DNA from: Octopus bimaculoides
Taxonomy: Eukaryota
NCBI RefSeq assembly: GCF_001194135.2
Contig: NC_068982.1
Coordinates: 129,938,071-129,994,024 of the forward strand
Reading direction: 5' to 3'
DNA: 55,954 nt
Below the pieces are notes generated by a model that ran no database searches, was not told the DNA's origin, and saw nothing but the letters and a program-made list of their open reading frames with translations. Of this stretch, positions 22,211 through 32,416 are shown piece after piece. The position numbers and the translations under genes are program-made. Position 1 is the stretch's first letter; each line of letters opens with the position of its first letter.

Positions 22211-22339
22211 CCATCGAAGCTCTGTTGCAGAGGTTTGTATCACAGAAGCACCATTGTTCGTTTGAATAGCTGCGACAACTTTTGAGTGGTAAATGAGGTG
22301 GTAGGTCAGGATGTAAGTCGGTGCAGCCACGAAATATAA
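22211..22339 (-). CDS. Gene B coding exon 3: LU domain Cys6-Cys10
   Basis: Acceptor tctcattgcag|, donor |gtaagt, 129 nt, phase 1-1. Translation: (V)IFRGCTDLHPDLPPHLPLKSCRSYSNEQWCFCDTNLCNRASM. Confidence 0.93.
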
Positions 22340-22608
22340 CTGCAATGAGATATGCAGAGAAGATTTATTTAAAAATCATTATATAGTGGCTGTTGTTTTG
22401 TTTTCTCTTAATGTTGCTGATTAACGGCGAATTTTTTTTAAACACAGGTACAAGGCATCAGACTAGAAGTGGTATAGCTGAATGGTACTTTATTTTATCG
22501 CTTCCCACTCCCACAAAAGATTTGGGATCAAAAGTAACTTTGGGCGAGATTTGAACTCAAAATGTCAAAATTTCGTATTTTAACCTTTTGTCAATCCACT
22601 GCTTATTG

Positions 22609-22611
<3 letters not shown>

Positions 22612-22682
<71 letters not shown>
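22612..22682. repeat. (CA)n microsatellite between SINE fragments
   Basis: Read directly. Confidence 0.95.
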
Positions 22683-22684
<2 letters not shown>

Positions 22685-23177
22685 CATGTGAACTGGCACA
22701 ATCGGTAGCACGTCTGACAAAATGTAAAGTGACATTTTTCGCCTTTTTACGTTCTGAGTTCAATCCCTTCCTCCTGCTGGTCTTCACCCCTACAACTAAA
22801 AGACTGGCGTCCCGTACAGGGGAATGTTGTGATCTCGGTCACATGCGCTATTCTGTATAATGGTAGAAACGGTCGTATCGAAATAAATATTATCACTTTA
22901 TCTAATCATGTTCCATGTTTAAATCGCGTTGACTTCAATTTTACTTTCCATTCTTCTGGAGTGGATAAGATAAAAACTAGTCAACTGTCTCTTTAAATGT
23001 TGATACGTTATATTGGTTTTGTGTCATTGTAAGTTCTCAAAGTAAATATTTATACTGATATCTTCTATTACATTATTATTTTATTTCTAAATATTTACAT
23101 TCAAACTTTACATATGCTATATTGGTTTTGTGCCAATATAAAGTATGAATGTTTTCAGTTATACTAAACGGAATAAG

Positions 23178-23400
23178 AGCTGAGGATTGGCAGAATCGTT
23201 AGTGTTGGACAAAATGACTTGTATTTCTTCTGGCTCTTTACGTTCAAACTCAAAATCCTGCCGAGCTCAGCTTTGCTTTTGATCGTTTTTTTTTCATCAT
23301 GTAAGAGTTGATACAATAAAGAACCTTTGGAGTTCCGGGGCCAATTCAGTCGATTAACCCCTCTCCACTCCAAATTTTAGGCCTTGTGCTTAAGTTAGAA
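23178..23400 (+). mobile_element. SINE family 2, diverged
   Basis: TGGCAGAATCGTTAG..CTCTTTACGTTCAAACTCAAAATCCTGCCGAG..AATTTTAGGCCTTGTGC. Confidence 0.6.
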
Positions 23401-24149
23401 ACGTCAGAGCATTGGATTAAATGATACATTGTCTTTATTTCTGTACAATTTAGTTCTGAGTTCGAGGTCTAGTTTGCTTTGAAATCCATCGGGATTGATT
23501 AGAATGAACACCAATGATTACTTTTCTTCATCAGCAATAATTATCTTATATACTAGGATAATTTCTCAATATTTAGTTTCTTTACACACAACCATTAAAT
23601 GGTGAGCCATTACGTATTCATAGCGACTCAGATTCACAGAGAGGGGGGATGGATGTTTGTGATGTAGACAAGTCAGTGTGAAGGTACCAGAAACTCAGGG
23701 TATCATGAGCTCAGGGGCAACACGTCTTGTGTTTAGGATTTTCGAAATAAAAGAGAACAAAATTTGAAAAATTCCTACATTTACGTTGGCACAGTATGAT
23801 CGAATGGTTCACTTCGAACCACAAGCTCTCGAATTTGATTCCACCACATAGCATCTTCTTTAGCCTCAAGCCAAAGTGAGAAAAACTGGGTAGACTGAAA
23901 CTGTGTCACGTTGAATCCATTACGGTTCATGTGTCAAAAGAATCCCCAGCCACTTACATGTTATTCAGGAGCAGGTAATTCAGTTGATCGAACAACAGAA
24001 TCTTCGTCGTCGAACGGCAGAGGTCACCCTGTATTTACTCTTTGTGAAGATCTATCTATCTATCTATCTATATGTCTGTCTGTCTAAAAGGAAGAATTGA
24101 AGGGTGTCGATACTCAGCTTGTTCGAAGTACTAGCAACTATTTTCGCCA

Positions 24150-24272
24150 GGAATTCGCTCATCCGGGACTATAGTAGAAAACACTTGCTCAAGATGGAGT
24201 ACGCAGTAGCACTGAACCTAAAACCGCGTGGTTGCGAAGTGAAATTTTAACCACACAGTTATGTCTGCGCCT
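24150..24272 (-). mobile_element. SINE family 1, 5' fragment
   Basis: Reverse complement of the family 1 head (ACTATAGTAGAAAACACTTGCTCAAG..TTAACCACACAG). Confidence 0.6.
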
Positions 24273-24418
24273 ATGTCATATTTATTCTCGAAGTTTCTTT
24301 TGTGACAAACATCGAAATTCGGACTCAATATATTTTAATTATATTACAAATGTTTTGTGATTTTCATCTGTTTTGTAAAATAAACTTAAGAATTCTGTCT
24401 AGGATGCTTGTTACTTAC

Positions 24419-24571
24419 CGTTCGGATTTTGCTTTGTTACCCGAACGAAACAACTGCCATAGCAAGCTTCAGAATTGGTGAGATACGGAGCCGTAATACT
24501 TTGTGGCGGACAATAACTTTTTGATGTCTGCTGTTCGCCGCTGTAGCACACATAACATCTTTTACCCAGTC
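24419..24571 (-). CDS. Gene B coding exon 2: LU domain Cys1-Cys5
   Basis: Acceptor ctatatattccag|, donor |gtaagt, 153 nt, phase 1-1. Translation: (G)LGKRCYVCYSGEQQTSKSYCPPQSITAPYLTNSEACYGSCFVRVTKQNPN. Confidence 0.92.
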
Positions 24572-24889
24572 CTGGAATATATAGATAGTGATATAATTAA
24601 GTAAAGGTTAATATATTTAATGCCGTGAACTTAACTAGAAAGAAAAACAAATGTGGCGAAAAACAAGAATAGAACAGAACAATACATATCTACAGTATTA
24701 GTCAACAAGTATATATTAGAATTATTTCGGTAAGTATATCTTATCTTTCGCTTGTTTCAGTCATTGATCTGCAGCCATGCAGCCACTGGCTTGAAGGATT
24801 TAGTCAAAAAAATCGATTTCAGTACTTATTGTTTCAAAAGTCTGGTACTTACTTTTTGAGTACACAAACAAACTAACAACAGTTGTCAA

Positions 24890-25100
24890 GCGTTGTATGG
24901 TGGTGGTGTGATAAACATACGTACACACATATACAACGAGCTTCCTCACAGTTTCCACTTACCAAATTCATTCACAAAGCGTTTGTCGGCGCGGGTCTGT
25001 AATAGAAGACACTTGCTTAAGATGCCACGCTATGGGACTGAACCCGAAATAACGTGGTTGCAAATCGAACTTCTTAACCACATAGTCATGCCTGTATCGG
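24890..25100 (-). mobile_element. SINE family 1, partial
   Basis: Reverse complement of the family 1 head and body. It explains the ORF at 24893-25216. Confidence 0.65.
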
Positions 25101-26262
25101 TATCGGAGAATCTGAAGTCACCCATTAATACTATAACCTCATTAGCGAAGCATGTCAGCATATTTACTGAAATAGTGATGAGAATCACTAAGGAACTAGT
25201 TGGCATGCAAAAATAGATTTTATTTCAGAGAATAATAAACATACATACCCCCACACAAATACATGCACATCTAAGAGCGTTATGGCTTGCTCCAAGCATT
25301 TTTCCTTCGCTCTTTTTAATAGTTTCAGTCATAAGTCACACTAGGACATCATCTTTCACAAGCCTACTTGATCATGATTGACATGGAGTTTATCAGTATC
25401 TTTAACTACATCTGTCACTATAAAAAGAACTAAACTTGAAATACACTACTACTTGATTACGACATCTTTTGGTTCTTTGGAGGAAACGCCACCTCATCAA
25501 TGTACATTGTTTCTTGTTGTTTTCTTTTGATATATTAATCTCTAAATGTGTGTTATAAAATGATTCATTTAGTTCAGTGTAGAACTGATGCCACTCGCAA
25601 GGCTAGCACTTCTGAGTTGACTTTATTATTTCTAAAATGTTTATCGTTACAGAAAAATAAATGAACGACTATGTTTTACCGCCATTACTTTACTTAGAAA
25701 AGGTCAAAATAAATCTTTATCTAGACGCTTCTTTCTTCTTGGGTGGTTTAAATTTACCATGGGCAACTAATATTGGTATTTATGCACGAATTTGAAGAAA
25801 AAAAAAAGCGAAAACATATTAAGAAAGCGTGTGTTAGTTAAACAAAGTATTTCGTTTGAGTGTAACATGTCCTTGGAAGCTTGTTTTATCGAGCAAATCG
25901 TTTATTCCTGCAATGTCTTCAAGTTTAGTGAAGAAAATAAAGAAAAAGATGAGTAATGGTAAAGGTTAGCCGCGGTCATTCTCACTAGAAAGCACACACA
26001 GCATTGTTTGACATCTACTGAAGTACTGGGGAATTCGAACAGTTAAACAAACCCATGTAAATAAATGTCCTGGGTGTGGAGTTGATTATATTTGTAGGCT
26101 GACGATCTGAGGTTGATAGATAGATAAACAGATAGATACATAGCTATAAGAAGGGTGATAGAGATAAATAAAGATGAGAAAGTGTTGGTAGTGAGATAGG
26201 TAAATAAATTAACAAAGTTAGAGCGTATGTGAGTATAGGTGTATGTGCGTGTGCATGTGTGA

Positions 26263-26305
<43 letters not shown>

Positions 26306-26592
26306 TGTGTGTGTTTCTGTGTGTGAATTTCTGTGTGTATGTATATCGCAGGAATAAAAATGAGGGCTATGGTTGTGGTGTTGTGAAAATGAAGTTTGAA
26401 CAGTCTCCCTTCCTCGCCAATGTATTTTTTCCTTGAGGGGTGGGGGTCTCTTTGCAATTTAACTTATAGAAGCATGATGAAACGACATTTAAGAAAAGTG
26501 TAACTAACTGGATTCTTCCGTTTCATTGGCTGCCTTACTCATTACACCTCAGAGAAGAGAGACACACCTATAACTGATTAAAATGTTTATTT

Positions 26593-26938
26593 GTTGGCAT
26601 TCCGTCGCGGGTTCTAGTTGATCCGATCAACGGAACAGCCTGCTCGTGGCTGAGCACTCCACCGACACGTGTACCCTTAACGTAGTTCTCGAGAATATTC
26701 AGCGTGACACAGTGTGTCAAGGCTGACCCTTTGAATTACAGGCACAACAGAAACAGGAAGTAAGAGAAAGTTGTGGTGGAAGAGTACAACAGGGTTCGCC
26801 ACCATCCCCTGCCGGAGCCTCGTGGAGCTTTAGGTGTTTTCGCTGAATAAACACTCACAACGCCCGGTCTGGGAATCGAAACCGCGATCCTATGACCGCG
26901 AGTCCGCTGCCTTAACCACTGGGCCATTGCGCCTCCAC
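26593..26938 (-). mobile_element. SINE family 3, full length, with 13-bp target-site duplication
   Basis: Minus-strand head GTGGAGGCGCAATGGCCCAGTGGTT..GGTTTCGATTCCC (A/B boxes). AAAATGTTTATTT flanks it at 26580-26592 and 26939-26951. Confidence 0.88.
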
Positions 26939-27631
26939 AAAATGTTTATTTAGGCAGATAATAAATAACCTTGTAATTCTTTCTCTGCTGCTTTCATTTT
27001 CTCTCACCCTTCACTATCCTCCCTTAACTTGCGTGCTTATTTATTTCAATAATAGGGTACTGTGTTCCATAAACGGGCCAATGAGATGTTCTCTCTATGT
27101 ACTTCAGATCTTTTCTAAGTATTTTCAAATTGAATATATTTGTGGTCCATCGCGCAGTTGATGACATTTGGTGTTTCGTGTCTGATTTACTTTCATAAGC
27201 ATTGCCGGTAATAGAAATGGAGAAATAGAGATATTTTCATATGTGTACGACATGGGTAAATGTAAATAAATTAATAAAATGTGAGCTATGATCCCTGTAT
27301 CATAGTGTAAACTTTTACCCTGTCAGCTGTGAGTTCAAGCGGATCTATTTTAAAACGGGGGCCACATTTTTCATTAATGTTTTACGTAGTGTTTTTGGTA
27401 CGGAAAGACTTTCAAACTTCGTATACTTATCTATTTTGTGTTATAGAACAGAAAAATATTTTTGTATTCGAATTTATTTCATGTAAAAAATTGTCTTATT
27501 TCGATAATTTCAACCAATCACTGACAAGTATTCAGTTGTTTATATTTACTCCTTTGGCTGATTAAGCGATGTAAAGCGTATTTAATCTCCATACCTTCGT
27601 TTTATTTGCTTTTTTCATTTTAAATTTGCTT

Positions 27632-27697
27632 TAACCCTAACCCTAACCTTAACCCTAACCCTAACCCTAGGGTTAGGGTTAGGGTTAGGGTTAGGGT
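27632..27697. repeat. Interstitial telomere-type repeat arranged as a palindrome, (CCCTAA)n then (TTAGGG)n
   Basis: About six TAACCC units switch at CCCT|AGGG (27668/27669) to about five TTAGGG units, which run into an N gap. Confidence 0.9.
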
Positions 27698-28264
27698 NNN
27701 NNNNNNNNNNNNNNNNNNNNNNNNNNNNNNNNNNNNNNNNNNNNNNNNNNNNNNNNNNNNNNNNNNNNNNNNNNNNNNNNNNNNNNNNNNNNNNNNNNNN
27801 NNNNNNNNNNNNNNNNNNNNNNNNNNNNNNNNNNNNNNNNNNNNNNNNNNNNNNNNNNNNNNNNNNNNNNNNNNNNNNNNNNNNNNNNNNNNNNNNNNNN
27901 NNNNNNNNNNNNNNNNNNNNNNNNNNNNNNNNNNNNNNNNNNNNNNNNNNNNNNNNNNNNNNNNNNNNNNNNNNNNNNNNNNNNNNNNNNNNNNNNNNNN
28001 NNNNNNNNNNNNNNNNNNNNNNNNNNNNNNNNNNNNNNNNNNNNNNNNNNNNNNNNNNNNNNNNNNNNNNNNNNNNNNNNNNNNNNNNNNNNNNNNNNNN
28101 NNNNNNNNNNNNNNNNNNNNNNNNNNNNNNNNNNNNNNNNNNNNNNNNNNNNNNNNNNNNNNNNNNNNNNNNNNNNNNNNNNNNNNNNNNNNNNNNNNNN
28201 NNNNNNNNNNNNNNNNNNNNNNNNNNNNNNNNNNNNNNNNNNNNNNNNNNNNNNNNNNNNNNNN

Positions 28265-28304
<40 letters not shown>

Positions 28305-28452
28305 CACGAGGGTCTACCAGGTCCACTCGCAAGGCTTTGGTTGGCTCGAGGCTATAGTAGAAGACACTTCCCGAAGGTGCCACGCAGTGGACTGAACCCA
28401 GAATCAAGTGGTTGGAATGCAAGTTTCTTGTCACACAACCACGCCTGCGCCT
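28305..28452 (-). mobile_element. SINE family 1, 5' half (remainder probably in the adjacent (TA)n and gap)
   Basis: Reverse complement of GGCGCAGGCGTGGTTGTGTG..GGTTCAGTCCACTGCGTGGCACCTTCGG. Confidence 0.7.
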
Positions 28453-28833
28453 TTAAAAATATTAAGAAAAGTTTTAATTTCCTGTTAAAAGTTCATAAAA
28501 CCAACATTAATAATTTTCTCTATTGAAAGGCGTAACAAATCGGTTTGTGACGCTTCTGTCTGAATGACAGAAACATTCTTGTGAATCATTTAACTTAATA
28601 TATTGCAATAGAGAAATATATGGTTAATTAACCAGTATACTAATGATTTGATTAAGCATTCATTATACAGTTTCAGTGGATGAAAGAATAACAAAATGCA
28701 AAACAAAAAGTAAAGCAAAAATCTCGAGAGACTTTCGAAATTTGTATTCGTATTTATTACTATTTTATTGCATTTTTGTTAATAAGCATATTTCCATCAG
28801 GAAACATCCTACATTGGTTGAGAACTTGTATAT

Positions 28834-29224
28834 TGTTGTTTTTGTTGGCACTCCGTCGCTTACGACGTCGAAGGTTCCAGTTGATCCGATCAACGGAACA
28901 GCCTGCTCGTGAAATTAACGTGCAAGTGGCTGAGCACTCCACAGACACGTGTACCCTTAACGTAATTCTCGGGGAGATTCAGCGTGACACAGTGTGACAA
29001 GGCTGACCTTTTGAATTACAGGCACAGCAGAAACAGGAAGTAAGAGTGAGAGAAAGTTGTGGTGAAAGAGTACAGCTGGGTTCGCCACCATCCCCTGCCG
29101 GAGCCTCGTGGAACTTTAGGTGTTTTCGCTCAATAAACACTCACAACGCCCGGTCTGGGAATCGAAACCACGATCCTATGACCGCGAGTCCGCTGCCCTA
29201 ACCATTGGGCCATTGCGCCTCCAC
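28834..29224 (-). mobile_element. SINE family 3, full length, with 10-bp target-site duplication
   Basis: Nearly identical to 26593-26938 but without that copy's internal deletions. ACTTGTATAT flanks it at 28824-28833 and 29225-29234. Confidence 0.88.
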
Positions 29225-29249
29225 ACTTGTATATAACTAATCCATAAAA

Positions 29250-29297
<48 letters not shown>

Positions 29298-29852
29298 GCA
29301 CACAGAGGCACACAGACACACAGACACACATATATATATATACACATACGAGATATATTACTATTCTTGGTATTCTAAATATCAAATCTTTAACTTTTTA
29401 CTAGTTTCATTTCATTATAAATTAAGTGACGAGAAACAGTGAGTAATAAAAATGAAAGAAATGTACACGAAATCATGTTTTACTTTTCTTTTTTTAACAG
29501 AATATTCATTGAAAGTGTCTGAAGCAAAATTAAATTTGAAACATGCAGTATTCAGATGCATTTGCTATTTAACATGTCATCTTGTTACAAATCTGTTTTG
29601 AAAATGTCTCCAATCCTATTTCTATTAATGCTCCAATCATTCACACTTGTATGATTCGTATCTATTATACTCAATCATTAGTTTTTTCAGATATGGGGTG
29701 GCTTTATTATATCTCCTAATTAAGGCTAGAGTACCTGATTGTGTACTCTCTCATGTAACATTTTAAATATTCAACCTTCTCTTCAGCAAGTTTTAGAGAC
29801 AATCATTAAGGAACCATTCCTTTCTAAAATCTATTACCAAATCATGATAGAG

Positions 29853-29884
<32 letters not shown>

Positions 29885-30039
29885 NNNNNNNNNNNNNNNN
29901 NNNNNNNNNNNNNNNNNNNNNNNNNNNNNNNNNNNNNNNNNNNNNNNNNNNNNNNNNNNNNNNNNNNNNNNNNNNNNNNNNNNNNNNNNNNNNNNNNNNN
30001 NNNNNNNNNNNNNNNNNNNNNNNNNNNNNNNNATATATA

Positions 30040-30433
30040 GGCGCAGCAGTGGCTGTGTGGTAAGTATCTTGCTTACCAACCACATGGTTCCGGGTTCATT
30101 CCCACTGCGTGGCACCTTGGGGCAAGTGTCTTCTACTATAGCCTCGGGCCGACTAAAGCCTTGTGAGTAGATTTGGTAGACGGAAACTGAAAGAAGCCCG
30201 TCGTATATATGTATATATATGTATGTGTATGTATATCTTTGTGTATCTGTGTCCTCCCAACATCGCCTGACAACCGATGGTGATGTGTTTACGTCCCCGT
30301 AACTTAGCGATTCAGCAAAAGACACCGATAAAATAAGTACTAGGCTTACAAAGAATAAGTCTTGGGGTCGATTTGCTCGACTAAAGGTGGTGCTCCTGCA
30401 TGGCCGCAGTCAAATGACTGAATCAAGTAAAAG
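30040..30433 (+). mobile_element. SINE family 1, full length
   Basis: GGCGCAGCAGTGGCTGTGTGGTAAG head with A/B-box-like motifs, internal TA/TG microsatellite, and tail GGCCGCAGTCAAATGACTGAATCAAGTAAAAG. Confidence 0.85.
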
Positions 30434-31212
30434 CGCAAAATATATATGTATGTATGTATGCATGTATGTATGTATATAAAGATCGTAACCCGAAGTGTAT
30501 ATCTTTGCATAACAGATAAATTTTAAAGAAACATCTAGGTGAAAATAAGAAATTACAAATACCATATATTTAAGGAATCTCTAACATACGATATAAAATA
30601 TTTGGTTGATTTATTTCAATATGTAAATGCTTTCTGGTCATATCGTGAGACATATACTGGGATCTCAGAGATTAACAAAATCTGCGTGATTATCTTATGG
30701 GTTTCAAGAAAAATACAAGAGAGCAATCAGATGAGATGTAATTCGGATAAGGATAACAATTTGAATGAAATTTTATTTAGAGTGAAATATCTGTGAAACA
30801 CGTCAATTGTACAGACATTATGTGAAGATCTAGGGATTATCACACGCTTCTATAGCAAGAATTTTAATTAAATTCACCATGAAAATGAAGAAAAAACACG
30901 TTGATTCTAGTTTTTTAAAATTTCTTCCTCTATAGCAGCTGGGTTTTATAAGACAAAAAATTGAAGAAATAAACCCAATTCATAAATTCTAATTACAGAT
31001 AGTATAATTAATTCCACTAATTTGACAAACTGATCAGAACCTTTGGCGTCTTTATTCTAACTCCTGTAGCATTGAATTGTAAATCTGTCGTCTGCTGACA
31101 AAAATAGAAGCAACGAAAATAAACGGGCTGGAGAAAAAGGTGTTCTCTTAAGTAATTTCAGGCATTTCTAGTTTCATTTACTACAAGGCAAAGGGACACG
31201 AATTTACCAGAC

Positions 31213-31327
31213 GATGACAACAACAACAACAACAACTACATCATCATCATCATCATCATCATCGTCATCATCATCATCATCATCAACAACAACAACAACA
31301 ACGATGATTACGATGATGACGACGATG
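31213..31327. repeat. Compound trinucleotide repeat (AAC)n(ATC)n(AAC)n(GAT/GAC)n
   Basis: Read directly. It lies in gene B intron 1 about 180 nt from the signal-exon donor and explains the poly-T/S ORF. Confidence 0.9.
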
Positions 31328-31506
31328 AGTATAAAAAAATTACTATTTCTGAAAGCAGCTACTTTTTTCCTAAATCATCAAAGAAAACAAAACAAAAGGA
31401 AGTATAAGCAACGAAAGTTTGAAGTGAAATTTTAAGTAAAAGGAAAAATTACTTTGAAAAATGCATTCCCTAAAATTTTCTCAATTAAGAAATATAAAAG
31501 ACTTAC

Positions 31507-31585
31507 CTGAAGGTAAAACAAAACTGAATGTAAGCATCAATATAGAAACTGAGAGTGGACGTTGATGATAATCCGTTAAGTCCAT
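31507..31585 (-). CDS. Gene B coding exon 1: start codon and signal peptide
   Basis: ATG at 31585 encodes MDLTDYHQRPLSVSILMLTFSFVLPS, followed by the phase-1 donor CAG|GTAAGT. It joins exon 2 in frame (GGA), so the signal region continues ..LPSGLG before KRC. Confidence 0.82.
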
Positions 31586-31658
31586 GTTACTATATTTATT
31601 TTTCTGACGTAAACGCGGCCTAGACCGGATATTCAGATTACTTGTCTGTTAGGTGATA
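31586..31658 (-). other. 5' UTR portion of the gene B start-codon exon (implies an upstream non-coding exon)
   Basis: Strong acceptor cttaatttccctttttatag| at 31659-31660. All three frames contain stops before the ATG. Confidence 0.55.
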
Positions 31659-32269
31659 CTATAAAAAGGGAAATTAAGTCTATTTGTCCCTACCAGTTAT
31701 TACTAGATATTACTAGATAGATCACTGGATATATGTATACATACAAATTGGTTTTTGACGATTTGACATTTAATAGTGACCACACTAATGATGTGGGGAG
31801 TATTCAAAATGTTTTAAGGATTTCGTTACTGATGTCTTTGTTATATCTCCTTGTGTCTATATTGCAGATTTAACAGCGCCACATGTAAGATTTGCCGATG
31901 TCATAACACCAGAGTGGCTGCGAAACAATGCAGTTCGCTTAAGATGATTAATTCTTCCGCTTTTGTTACTGAATAGTTGTGTGAAAGAAGAGTCTTTTAA
32001 AGTAAAACAGTGAAATGTTTGAGGTTCTGTGGTCAGTGCACCTATGTGGGTATGTGCGTTTATGTGTGTTTTTGTATACATTTGTGTCTGTCTATGTATG
32101 CATATATTTTTATACATGTGTTTGCATGTATAGCAATGTCAGGATATTTGTCTAAATGTGTTTACACCACGAAAAAGAAACAGAGGAAGTATGAACAAAG
32201 AAAAAGTTGCACGCGAGTAATAGCAGATAGAGAGTAACTAAGAGAAGAAAAGAAGACATAATAGGGGAG

Positions 32270-32286
32270 AAAGAGAGAGAGAGAGT

Positions 32287-32346
<60 letters not shown>

Positions 32347-32416
32347 AAGAGAGTGAGAGAGAGAGAGTGAGAGAGAGAGAGAGAGAGGGAAAGAGAGTGA
32401 GAAAAAGAGAGAGAGA
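32270..32416. repeat. (GA)n-rich microsatellite
   Basis: Read directly. Confidence 0.95.
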
